Shown piece by piece: positions 51,813 to 63,647 of a stretch of 64,000 bases of DNA. Location: the NCBI RefSeq assembly GCF_001194135.2, contig NC_068990.1, positions 70,035,007 through 70,099,006 of the forward strand. Direction: 5' to 3'. Source of the stretch: Octopus bimaculoides. Its lineage: Eukaryota. The position numbers and the translations under genes were made by a program. Below the pieces are notes generated by a model. That model was given only the letters and a program-made list of their open reading frames with translations, had not been told where the DNA came from and did no database searches. The first letter of the stretch is position 1; each line of letters starts with the position of its first letter.

Positions 51813-52101
51813 CACACACACCCAGAACCATGATAATAATATGCATATATAATATACATATTATTTACATCTCTGTAACTTAGCAGTTCAGCAAAAGAGA
51901 CCAAGAGAATAAGTACTAGGCTTACAAAGAATAAGTCCTGAGGTCGATTTCTTCAACTAAAAACACTTTAAGGTGGTATTCTGGCATGGCCGCAGGCAAA
52001 TGACTGAAACAAGTAAAAGAAAAAATACATGTATCTGACCATTGGAATTTGCAGATGTGCTTCACAAGGGCACAGCTTGGACTATAATCCTTTCTATATA
52101 C

Positions 52102-52132
<31 letters not shown>

Positions 52133-53360
52133 ATATATTTGTTTTTCTGTGTCTTTGTGTATGCATTTGTCCCCCACCACTTCTTGACAGCCATTGTTGG
52201 TGGTGCTGTGAGCTGATTTATGTGTATTTACACCATTTGTCTACAGTGAGAAATATTCTCTGTGATAAAGCATAGTGACTGACTTGTTTATGAGTTCGAA
52301 TGTGCCACAAGCATGTTGGAACTGGTAATAACATTGCACTTATACTCATCACTGCCAAGCGCTCCCACCGATTAGCACCCATCACTGTTAATTTGTTTAC
52401 GTCACCATAAATTAGCTGTTCAGCACAACAGAACTGATAGAATAAGTACTGGGCTTTAAAAAAATAAGGAAGTGCAATTGATTCATTCAACTAAAACCCT
52501 TCAAGGCTGTGCCTCGGCATGGCTGCCCATCTAATTATGAAAACAAGTAAAAGATAAGAAATAAAGACAGGGTTGATTCTTTTCTCGATTTCAACAAAAC
52601 TTATAAGAGGTTAGCCATCAGATCAACCCTAGTACTTATTTTTACATATGGCCATTATTCTACCAGTTTCATTTTGCCAAACTGCTAAGTTACATAGATG
52701 TAACCCGTTTCTGCCCTCAACCATTTTCTCATACTTTAATCCCTGATCTTGTAGCTTAAAACCACTTCTCTTGAGGTTTGTAGTCTTGCAAGCTGCATGG
52801 CAACCTCACTAGTGCTGGTTACACGAAAAAACAAAGGACACACTATAAAGTGGTTACTATTTGGAAGGTAAGTTCCCATAAAATTGATGGAGTAAGTTTG
52901 AAGACTTCTGCATTCTAATGGAGATCTCACAAGTACATTGATGTTATTGACAGAAACAAACAACATGAAACTGAGGATCTTACTGAAGTTAATAGAGGAG
53001 ATTCCTGGTGTAGCATTTGAAATGCTGTTGCAGACATTTGAAAAAGAATATATCTACTGAGTCATCTTCTAAATCTACAAGAATTATTTCTCAAACAGGA
53101 TATCAAGGAAAATTATAGATTTCCCTTTGTGTGATTCAATTTTATTCAGTTTCTTTACTATAAGGATTTCTGTTAAATGCTTTACTAGAAAAGTTATCCA
53201 GATTTAAAATCATTTTACCTAAAATTAAAAAAAAAACAACAAGGCAACATTTGTACTATTTCCTATCAAATGTGTTATAGATTTGTTTTCATTGTAGTTT
53301 TACCAGAGAAAATTTTTTTAAATGCAATTGACAAAATATTTTCTTTTCTATTTAATGTAG

Positions 53361-53476
53361 TTTAACTGCACGGCAGTCTGTCCATTATTTAAGCCATATT
53401 CGGTACAAGATGAAGAGCTGAGAGGTCGTACTGTCTGTGTTGATGACAGCCATCCTGTGATACTTGCAAGAATACA
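53361..53476 (+). CDS. EGFR: EGFR coding exon N (membrane-proximal ectodomain)
   Basis: atgtag acceptor, gtatgt donor, phase 0-2, 116 nt. FNCTAVCPLFKPYSVQDEELRGRTVCVDDSHPVILARI. It bridges the phases of exons M and O exactly. Confidence 0.9.
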
Positions 53477-53688
53477 GTATGTAACTTTATTCTATATATG
53501 TTCTTAATGTGCTTGTGTGCATGTGTGTGTAGGTATATATATATATATATATATATTGGAATAGTTAGTATGAAGCATTGTGTGGAATATATTCTATAAA
53601 ATTCATGGGTAAGGATGGAACAATGCGAAATAAATCCAAGGTAAATCACAAGAAAACAGGCATATGAATTAATGATGATTTACTCTAC

Positions 53689-53731
53689 ATTCAATATTTC
53701 AGGGTTATGACCCCCCCCCCTCTTCAGGAAT
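53689..53731 (-). ncRNA. Minimal type I hammerhead ribozyme motif, core intact
   Basis: AUUC-CUGAAGA-G10-UCAUAA-CCCU-GAAA-UA-UU^GAAU: 4-bp stem I, G/C stem II, palindromic AAUAUU stem III. Confidence 0.7.
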
Positions 53732-53909
53732 TAGGAAATGTTGCAGACGGACATGTTTGAGTATGTGGGGAGTAGACATGCGCAGAAAGTTGTTATAGCA
53801 ACCAGCTAGCTTCATATAACTCTCTTCAAAAGAGAGTTATATATAACTCTCTTTTGTACATATAACTCTCTTCAAAAGAGAGTTATATGTACATCTGCAA
53901 CATTTGCTA

Positions 53910-53951
53910 ATTCCTGAAGGGGGGGGGGGTCATAACCCTGAAATATTGAAT
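53910..53951 (+). ncRNA. Minimal hammerhead motif, core A9 deleted (predicted inactive)
   Basis: Mirror of 53689-53731 but reads CUGAAG-G10 instead of CUGAAGA-G10. Confidence 0.65.
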
Positions 53952-54767
53952 GTAGAGATAAATCACCATTAATTCATATGCCTGTTTTCCTGTGATTTAC
54001 CTTGGATTTATTTCGCATTGTTCCAGCCTTACCCACGAATCTTCCACCAAACCTTAGTCACAATTTATGTTCCTAACACTAACTGAGTAATAACTAAGTT
54101 ATTTTACTAAATTCTTTGTTATATTTAAAGTAATTAAAAGAAACACAGAGCATCTCAAAATAAATGCAGTAACAAAAGGTTTAATGGCCATACTGTCATG
54201 GATTGGACAGTTTGACGGGAACCAGTGGGTCTGAAGACTGTACCAAACTCCAGTGTCTGCTTTGGCATGAAACCATACCCTTCCTGATGCCAACCACTTA
54301 TTATAGTGTCTACCGGGTTATGTTTTTATGGTACTGTGCAACAAGTGACATGAGGTTATCATACAACTTAACAAGACATATTTAGTTCCAGTGAATTGCA
54401 ATAGGAAGGGCATAGAGCCATACTGGCATCTGCCTCAACAAAATCCATTTGGCCTATGCATGCATGGAAAAGTTGGCATTAAACAATGTCAATAATGATG
54501 AGGGGTGGGGGTGAGGTGCTGAAAAGTTCCTAGCTTTAGGTAAATGAAAATTCAGGAGGATCAGTTGATTATGATTTTATTCAACATATTTCTCAGAATC
54601 ACACACTTACTGCAGTTGGCCTTCAGCTTTTCTAAGACCTGTAAAAGAACTCAAAAGGTTGGGCTTCCAACCAGGCCTTTCGTGATACCCTTAAGGTTAG
54701 GAACACTCCCCCACCTTGTATGTATATTTGCATGTATTTAAAATGTCATTTTTTTTTTAATCTACAG

Positions 54768-54933
54768 AGAAAAACAGAAGAAAACCAATTATATCATCAT
54801 TGGTGCCGTAATCGGAGTACTTATGATAGTTTTCTCTACTGGTTTTGCAATCTATTACTCCTGTAAACGAAGGCGAGAAATAGCAGCTGTTACCAAATTA
54901 AATGCTGCAATGCTAGGTTATGATGAAAACGAG
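54768..54933 (+). CDS. EGFR: EGFR coding exon O (transmembrane helix and JM-A)
   Basis: ctacag acceptor, weak gttggc donor, phase 2-0, 166 nt. EKQKKTNYIIIGAVIGVLMIVFSTGFAIYYSCKRRREIAAVTKLNAAMLGYDENE has a hydrophobic span with GxxxG followed by a basic stop-transfer KRRR. Confidence 0.93.
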
Positions 54934-55292
54934 GTTGGCATTTTGATATTTCATTAAACTGTTGTAAATTAAGAATTAACCAAGAACTTGTGTGTCAAAT
55001 TTGGCTGGTTCATTATTTGTGTTTTTAATTTGTGTTTATAAAGTCAAATATAATCCTGGTTAAGGATTATCTTGATTGTTTATAAAATTCGATATAATCT
55101 TAGTTATGGATTAACTTACTTGATTAACTTTGATAAAGAGAGTCTCACAACCATTCATTAGATCATAATATTGTCCTTTATTTAACATTCATATTCTTCA
55201 GTTTATTCATCATTGCTATGAATCTGTAACTTATTGGTTCAATCCCAGCTATAGAACTATATTATGTTCTTGGATAGATGGTGATGGAAATA

Positions 55293-56679
55293 CAAGGCAG
55301 TATCAAAAAGTTCCTGGACTAGTTATGTTTAATAAAAAAAATAACTTATTTATTTAAGTTTTAATATCATCTCCTTCAAAATAGTCACTTTGTGCAGCAA
55401 TACGCCGGTCCCAGTATTCCTGCCACTTTTGGAATCTGTCCTGGAAGTTGTTTTCCATAAGCAAATTGAATCGAAGATATTCTGCAATTTGCTCTAGATC
55501 TCAATAAACAACAGTGACCTTTGAACTGCATTTTTATCGTGGGGAAGAGATGGAAGTCTGCAGGTGTTAAATCTGGTGAATAGGGCAGGTGTTGAAGGGA
55601 TACCTTGTTGTTTTTGATGAGAAACTCATGAGTGAGGAAACCTCGCTGATGGGGTGTATTATCATGGTGAAGAATCTAATTCTTTGCGCTCCACAGATCC
55701 AGTTGTTTGCACTGAATATCCTCCCTCAATTGCTTCAAAACATTGTCCTTTGACAAACCTCATGCACAAGCTGATGAATTTTCTCCATATTTCTGGAGGT
55801 GATGCTCTTAGCAGGTCTTCCAGATTGCTCATTATCTGAAGTGCTTGTGCCACTCAAAACATTGCGTACGACCCATTGCCTCATTGCCATAAGCTTGCCT
55901 AAGTATGCTCAATGTCTCTGTAACAGACTTCCCAAGTTGAAAACAAAATTTCATGTTAGATCTTTGTTCCTGTCCATGATAAAATCACAGACTACAGTGT
56001 ACATATGATCACAAAAACACAAATTTCACAACTTGCTCAGTAAACATGGTGATGTCACTCAGCACACTGCCTGCCTCATGAAGGTCACTGCTAGCTCTCA
56101 CTGTGCACACAATTGTGTGCTGCCATCTGTTGGCAAACTACAGAACTAGCCCGGGAACCTTTTTATACCAACTTGGCTTGCGAAGACCTGTTGGGGCAAA
56201 TGAAAGCAAAATCGTGATGGCATCTGTACCAGTGGACCGCTTAGAGCACCGTCCAAGCGTGATCATTGCCAGAGCAGCTGTCTGGCTTCTGTGCCAGTGG
56301 CACGTAAATAGTACCATTTGAGCGTGATTGTTACCAGCGTCGCCTTACTAGCACTTGTGCTGGTGGCACGTGAAAAGACATTCGAGCGAGGTTGTTGCCA
56401 GTGCCGCTGGACTGGCCCCTGTGCAGGTGGCACGTAAAATACACCATTTTGAGCATGGCCATTGCAAGTACCGCCTGACTGGCCTTCATGCTGGTGGCAC
56501 GTAAAAGCACCCACTACACTCTCGGAGTGGTTGGCATTAGGAAGGGCATCCAGCTGTAGAAACTCTGCCAAATCAGATTGGAGTCTGGTGTAGCCATCTG
56601 GTTCACCAGTCCTCAGTCAAATTGTCCAACCCATGCTAGCATGGAAGGCGGACGTTAAACGATGATGATGATGACCTCA
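55293..56679 (-). mobile_element. Degenerate, internally deleted mariner; right TIR interrupted by an RTE-tail insertion
   Basis: Left TIR (ta)caaggcagtatcaaaaagttcctggactagtt. Minus-strand motifs ILHHDN, HLPYSPDLTPADFHLFP and FQKWQEYWDRRIAAQSDYFEGD. The right TIR is split into 56146-56170 and 56675-56679, followed by TA. Confidence 0.82.
56171..56674 (+). mobile_element. RTE-related 3' tail element with (GAT)n end
   Basis: Its 3' ~170 nt (gagtggttggcattaggaagggcatccagctgtagaaactctgcc...gcatggaa...gatgatg) is near-identical to 36135-36300. Confidence 0.85.
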
Positions 56680-57034
56680 TAAGTGCCTTTTACTACTGCT
56701 ATGATATTTTGTTATGTATCTAAGGTTTCCTTAATCTCTCTTGGCATCACCTACAAAGTGTTTATCTTATTTATTTGAAATATTTATCTGACTATAAGAA
56801 AAACTTTATTTTACCTGAAATTTTTATGTTAATTTACTTCTAAGTGAAATAAATCAATAGTAATTGAAATACACTATTTGTTAATTTACTTCTAAGTGAA
56901 ATAAATCAATAGTAATTGAAATACACTATTTGTTAATTAACTTATATATTTTCCATAAACAGTTACAAAATTAAAATAGTTAGATCTCATAGTTGATCAC
57001 CTTCTCATTTAATTTTGTTTCTTGGGTAATTCAG

Positions 57035-57148
57035 CCTCTCAATCCAACTGATATAAAACCTGATTTGGCCCAACTTCGATTAATTAAAGAATCCGAACTT
57101 AGAAAAGGTGGCATAATTGGATCTGGAGCATTTGGAACTGTCTATAAG
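57035..57148 (+). CDS. EGFR: EGFR coding exon P (JM-B and kinase Gly-rich loop)
   Basis: attcag acceptor, gtgagt donor, phase 0-0, 114 nt. PLNPTDIKPDLAQLRLIKESELRKGGIIGSGAFGTVYK. Confidence 0.97.
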
Positions 57149-57189
57149 GTGAGTTATGAAAAATTAAAAACTGAGTCAGATGACATACA

Positions 57190-57217
57190 TACGTACGTAC
57201 GTACATACATACATACA

Positions 57218-57246
<29 letters not shown>
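57190..57246 (+). repeat. (TACG)/(TACA)n tetranucleotide microsatellite
   Basis: Read directly from the sequence. Confidence 0.95.
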
Positions 57247-57248
<2 letters not shown>

Positions 57249-57515
57249 TCATTCATACCAGTAATAATTGGAGCACTAGGTTTTGTTAGTAAATACTTAA
57301 AGGAGACTCTGGATAAACTGGGATTTTCAGAAAGAGAAATCGACCGGCTAATCCGTACATTACTAGTGCAATCTGTGAGTGGAACAGTAAAAGTATGTAA
57401 GACTTTTCTCAAGTGCCAAATGTGAATTCGTCTGTGTTAACTACATCCCAAAGATGGAACCTTGTATCTTTGTTGGAAACTGGCTCCCCCACTCAGTGGA
57501 AGATTTATAATAATC
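57249..57515 (+). mobile_element. R4/Dong-like element 3' end (RLE C-terminus and 3' UTR)
   Basis: FIPVIIGALGFVSKYLKETLDKLGFSEREIDRLIRTLLVQSVSGTVKVCKTFLKCQM* matches the PxxIGALG...GT..I.R..L C-terminal signature. It starts at a (TACA)n tract and ends with ataataat. Confidence 0.7.
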
Positions 57516-59846
57516 AAAAAAAATAGAAGAGACATATATACATACTTACATACAGACGTACATACAGACAGACATGTGTGTTTGTATATAGAGAGATATA
57601 TGTGTGTTAAAATTGACATCATCCTATTCCAGCCTAACATCTCTCAATCTATCAGAATTCATATCCTGGCTAAGAAGAGCATTCTTGACCTCCCCAATAT
57701 GATTATCACTGATATTCCCTTATTTTCTAATATAATTCCCCTACTATGCTAGACAGCAACAACAACTAAACATTAGTCTTAGACTGACCATGTGTATAAA
57801 AAGCCCATATCAAATTTCAACACAATGGTTGGAGAATATCTAACCTATAAACAATGCTAATATGGTAATGTGTGTTGACCTGACTACAAACATGTTTTAT
57901 GATTGTTCCTCTTCCAAATTTTGGCAGTACAATACCCTTGCTTCTATTAAGTGACTCTTATACCATCCCCTTACTTCTTTTCACCCCTTTGTAACTTGTC
58001 TTCCTCTGTTCTCTCATCTACTTGCATCTTTCCCTCTTCTTCTTCCCCACTTCTTCGTGGAAAAGCCGTTCCTTCAGTGCTCTGCTTATTCTAACCAGAA
58101 ATGGCTCTGATGAAAGTAGCATTAAGTTTCTTAAGTCGTTCAATTTTTCTCTATTAACAGACCAATTGAGTAAACTTACCAGTAATATATCTATAATGAC
58201 TACTGGAGGATCTAGTCTTTCTCATTCGCAAAATGAGCCCACTTCAATTTTGCTCAGATTGCTTTCAATGTTGATGCAACTCTGAATTACAATCAAGCAA
58301 TTACTTTATCTTGTAAATTAAAGAATCTGATGTTATTTGGAATTAAAGTTGAGAAATTTGGGTAATTTTAGCCAAACGGCAGACAGCAAGACATTAACAG
58401 CTTGTTACCATGACAACCGCACACTTTGTTGTGTTTCACTCGCATGTGTTGATTCTTCACACCACGAGATTTATTTCACCCTTGTGTTTTGTTTTAATAA
58501 AAATTCATATTTATCAATTAGAATTTTATTGTAGATATTTTTCATCAATTACCTTAATATTTTACATATTTTTCATATATAGCAAAAGTTGTTTGTGATG
58601 TTTCTACAGTTTCTTGGCATTATGAAGGTGAATGGCATATGTGAACTTAGTACATACAATTTGACATTATTTTTGAATTCTGCATGCAGAAACATATAAG
58701 ATATAGGTATTCTTTTTCTTGGGACAAATTCTTTGTTGACCAGTGTTATTCTTATCATAGTTTAAAAATTCAAGCATGAAAACATTACTCAACTTTAAAG
58801 TTTTGGAGACAGACACCCCATTTTCACAGTCACACACACACACACACACATGTGCATGCACGCACACACACACACACACACACACACATGCACTTATATA
58901 TTAAGGATGCACAAAATACATGACAGGTATACATAATACTGAAATACACATAAAGTAAACCCATGCAGACAAATATATTAATATAACAAATTTTTAAACA
59001 ATAATAAAAACATACAATCAATGAAGAGACAAAAGAAACAGTAAGATGATATATGTTGATTTTATTAGATTTTTCTGTTTATTTAGAAACCTACAATGAA
59101 GAGGTCATTTCACAGATGCTAAGCTATAAATTTCACAGGGTACAACCTAAAGTTGATACCACTCTGCTAAACACAGAAAATTTCTGTCTCACTATTGGCT
59201 AAAAATACACAATTTTTCTATTTTTAAACCTCTGTAACTTTTCCTCCAATTTTTTTCTCCACAATATCACACCTTCACAGTTAGACTGGAAAACTTTATT
59301 TTAGTCAGTTTTCAGATTTTTTGCGGTCTTTTAAAAAATGCATATTTTGCGAATGAAAAAAAACTAGAACCCCACTGGAAACAGCTGTAGGCCAAATTTG
59401 CTCCAATAAAGGAAAAATACATAATGACCATTATTTTAAACTTGTTCTTTATATATCAATCTGTGTAAAAACCAGTTTGTGTGGAGCCCATCCACTGATT
59501 TACAATATAGAATTGTGATGAACCATATAACCTTGATCCCTGCCACAAGATTACCTGAAGTTCTTCAGTAATCTAAATAATTTCGTTAGCCTGGTATGCC
59601 AACAGAGAGCTAATGAAGTATTTTGTCCAGATTGATAATCCCTCTCTATTAGTTGTATATATTATATGCACACATACACACATAAAAAGCACTGTCTACT
59701 CTGTAAAGTGGTTGGTGTTAGGAAAGGCATCCAACTGTAAAAACCATGCCAAAGTAGACATTGGAGTTTAGTGCAGTCCTCTGGTTTATCAGCTCCTGTA
59801 AAACTGTCCAACCCATGCCAGCATTAAAGACAGACATTGAATGATG

Positions 59847-59880
<34 letters not shown>

Positions 59881-60659
59881 NNNNNNNNNNNNNNNNNNNN
59901 NNNNNNNNNNNNNNNNNNNNNNNNNNNNNNNNNNNNNNNNNNNNNNNNNNNNNNNNNNNNNNNNNNNNNNNNNNNNNNNNNNNNNNNNNNNNNNNNNNNN
60001 NNNNNNNNNNNNNNNNNNNNNNNNNNNNNNNNNNNNNNNNNNNNNNNNNNNNNNNNNNNNNNNNNNNNNNNNNNNNNNNNNNNNNNNNNNNNNNNNNNNN
60101 NNNNNNNNNNNNNNNNNNNNNNNNNNNNNNNNNNNNNNNNNNNNNNNNNNNNNNNNNNNNNNNNNNNNNNNNNNNNNNNNNNNNNNNNNNNNNNNNNNNN
60201 NNNNNNNNNNNNNNNNNNNNNNNNNNNNNNNNNNNNNNNNNNNNNNNNNNNNNNNNNNNNNNNNNNNNNNNNNNNNNNNNNNNNNNNNNNNNNNNNNNNN
60301 NNNNNNNNNNATATATATATATATATATATATATAGTTCAAATTTACAGAAAACAAAAGATGAAGGCTGGTGTATGAACAACAAACAGGTGTATTTGTTT
60401 AATGCTCAGGAAAAATGGAAAAGTCTTTTATGTTTCAAACCTACGCTCTTCAACAGAAAGGATTAAGAGGAAAAAAAATAGAGAGAGAATGAAAAAAAAC
60501 AGAGAGAAACAATGTGCAGAATTCAACAGTCCAACATGGTGAAATGACTAGAGAAAAGAGGTTGAATAAAAGGGAGATAATAATTATGATGATAATAATA
60601 ATAATAATAATAATATCAATAAAGGTAATGGTGACCCCAATGAACTAAGGTGCACAAGC

Positions 60660-61150
60660 GTGTGTGCGTATGTGATTTTGGTGTGTGTGAGTGTGAATGG
60701 TGGCAAATGAGTCTAACGTGTGTTGTGTGTAGCAGTTGTGTGCTTATTCAGGTGGTGTGTGCACATGTGTATGTGTGTCTGTGACCAAATAGTGTGCATG
60801 TGTATAGTGTATGTTTGTGGACAAAGTTATATTTGTCTATGTGTGTTGTGTGTGTTTATGCATGTGGCGTGTGTGTGTGTGTGTATATTGTCTGTGTTCA
60901 GGTATTATGTGCTTGTGTAGGTGTGAGAGTGTGCATAGTCATGTGTGTACTGAGTTAAACAGTGTGTGTGGTTGCTCGTATAGTGGTAGGTGTGGTGATG
61001 TTAGTGAAGATTGTATGTGGGTATGTGTGTAATGGTGTGTGAGGTGAGTAATGAGTTGAACAGTGTGTATGGATGTTTGTATAGTGGTGTGGAGAGGGTA
61101 CTAAGGCAGGCAGTATGCAGGTGTGTAGGTGGAGGGGGACAGTTGGATGT
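60660..61150 (+). repeat. Degenerate GT-rich low-complexity tract with an internal duplicated unit (tgagtt.aacagtgtgt...gtatagtgg)
   Basis: Strong G/T skew; the unit appears near 60951 and 61053. Confidence 0.7.
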
Positions 61151-61875
61151 GGGATGTATATATGAATCTGTGTTAGGTTGGTGTCAGATGAAAGGAAGTA
61201 GTGAATTGAGCCCTTATGGCACAATGGAAGGAAGAGAGAAGATTAATTCTTGTTCACAGCAAAAGTGGGAGTCCAGGTGACCCCTGTGCAGAGACAATCC
61301 AAACACAGACAAATATGTGTGTGTGTGTGTTGCTGTAGACTTTAAGAAATAGATTACGGACAAAGGGGTTTGTGTTTCAGTTGATAAACCTAAAGATCTT
61401 CAGAAAAAATAAAATTACAAGGTCACTTGTCTTGATGGGGGTATTTCACATCATGTACAACAAAGTGGGTAGAATATGAATCTAATGACAAATTATCTCA
61501 GTGTTATAGCAAGGGTTCTCGATACCTGCAGGTAAAGAGAATTTTTAACACCTCCTACTTAGGGGACAGGCTTAATAAACAAAAAGAAATTTTGTGCCCA
61601 TTCATATCTGCCTCCACTCTCATCTGTTGTTACACCTTTGACTTAGCTATTGGGCAATAGTTGATGTAGCCTTCTCAGAATTGTTGATCTGAGTATCAGT
61701 TTTAAATCATAAGTTGGTGTTTAGTTTGTTTTGTTTTGTTTTGTTTTTTTGTGTCCAACAGAAAATAAAATATTCAATATTTCTCTTTTTTGGCATTTAG
61801 CATTTGGTGCTATTTTGTTCCTTTTATATATTTACTTGGCAACTTACCTGTTTTAATATTTCTGGTTTCTTAAAG

Positions 61876-62160
61876 GGATTCTGGATTCCTGATGGAGAAA
61901 ATGTGAAGATTCCTGTTGCAATCAAAGTTCTCCAAGAAGGAACATCACCAAGCCAGAATAAGGAACTGTTAGAGGAAGCTCGAGTAATGTGCTCAGTTGA
62001 TCAGCAATGTTGTATCAGAATATTAGCTGTGTGTATGACTGCTCAGATGATGTTGATTACACCCCTCATGCCACTCGGTTGTCTGCTCGATTATATCCGC
62101 AAAAATCAGAAAGCTATAGGATCCCAAGTTCTACTCAACTGGTGTACACAGATTGCTAAG
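61876..62160 (+). CDS. EGFR: EGFR coding exon Q (kinase N-lobe and hinge; equals human exons 19+20)
   Basis: cttaaag acceptor, gtaaga donor, phase 0-0, 285 nt. [38 protein letters not shown]...[16 protein letters not shown]...[10 protein letters not shown]. Confidence 0.98.
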
Positions 62161-62269
62161 GTAAGAATTTTCTTTTTTTGTTGAAATATTAGATTTATTG
62201 AGTGTGTATTGTATTACTTGCACTTAGGTGCTCCCGCATTTGGTAGTGCATAAGTCATCTACCCTAAGT

Positions 62270-62520
62270 GCATCATTCCACCATAGATTTACTGACTGAT
62301 GATCTCTGTTGATGATTTCATCTTTGAACATCCCCTGTGTCGTTGCCCCTGAGGGGTCCACTTAAGGACATGGTTGGCACATCTGTTTGTCAGATGTTTT
62401 ATAACATGTCTCAACCAACTCAGTTGGTATTTGCATATGGTGATAAACACTTAGTATTGGTCTGTTCTTCTGACAGCCTCCTTGTTGCAGCTGATGAAAC
62501 CAGCAGCAAGGAACATATTG
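62270..62520 (-). mobile_element. Old RTE-like LINE remnant
   Basis: Minus frame YQLSWLRHVIKHLTNRCANHVLKWTPQGQRHRG resembles RTE WLGHV.R....R.....L.W.P.G.R.RG. Confidence 0.55.
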
Positions 62521-63151
62521 CTGGTTATATTTTAGCTACATTTAAAAGTTGTCATGTTTTTAAAAAATCTACAAAACTCAGAGCTTATAATTTTTTAGTG
62601 TGTTCAGTTACTGTAATCTGTTATTCAGAATACATATAGTTAGTACAATATATGTTATGTACTAAAAATTATTAAAATATTTAAATTAATTACAATTATC
62701 TTAACAAATATTTTGAAGGTACTTCTTCATTAAAACATTAAAAGAAATCTTAGAATAGATGTTACTGGCAAGTGAATAAGACATGTATCTTTTGCTAACT
62801 ATGTAGTTGCAAACTAACAGCCCTCCCACCCAACAGAACATCCAGGGTGTGACAAGTGGAGAGAGAGAAAGCTACACCAACAGTCAGTTGGTGTTCATTT
62901 TCAGCTGAGTAGACTGGTAAACTGGAGAAAAATAAGATGAAGTACCTTGCACAAGGGCACAATGTGTCACTTGGTCCATGAATTGAACCTGTAAACTTAT
63001 GACAGTAATTCCAACAACCTAACTACTATGCTGGAATATTTAAAATTGTTTATATTGTTTTGGAAATATTCTAAAAATGTTTATAATTTGTTCTAAAGTT
63101 ATTTAAAAACTTTATCATGAAAATCTTTAATCAGTATATTGTTTGTTTCAG

Positions 63152-63215
63152 GGTATGGCTTATTTAGAGGGCAGAGCCATTGTCCACAGGGATTTAGCAG
63201 CTAGGAATGTTTTAT
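63152..63215 (+). CDS. EGFR: EGFR coding exon R (catalytic loop); the gene continues beyond the window
   Basis: tttcag acceptor, gtaagt donor, phase 0-1, 64 nt. GMAYLEGRAIVHRDLAARNVL. Confidence 0.96.
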
Positions 63216-63555
63216 GTAAGTATGGCAACACCTTTATAATTCTAAACTATCGATTGATATTAAAAGTTACACTAAAGTCACAGTTCAGATAGTTATTATA
63301 CTTTATTAAATATCATGTCATATTAGTCATAACATAAGGTGTCTAAATATGATTGGCAATAGATAAAGGAAATTCATTTGTTTTGTAAATTGTGATTTTC
63401 TTACCTCATTAATGTCATTATTCATTGTTCCTGCTTTTGTTTGTATTGTTTCCTGTAATACAACAGTGCTTAGGGGGTTTTACACTTGGGGAATGTTATT
63501 TTTCTTAATGTTTATAATTTATTAAAAAGTAGCATCACTGTACACCAGATATGAA

Positions 63556-63643
<88 letters not shown>

Positions 63644-63647
<4 letters not shown>

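Larger units (their letters stand above)
53601..54040. mobile_element. Foldback element: ~154-bp inverted arms each containing a hammerhead motif (Penelope-like inverted terminal repeats, inferred)
   Basis: Arm 53601-53754 is the reverse complement of 53887-54040 with only a handful of mismatches or indels. The spacer carries repeated atataactctctt-caa-aagagagttatat hairpins. Confidence 0.8.

Noticed and set aside
59550-59575. Short hairpin gattacctgaag-tt-cttcagtaatc
   Set aside because: Isolated imperfect palindrome without U-tract or ribozyme core; compatible with chance.
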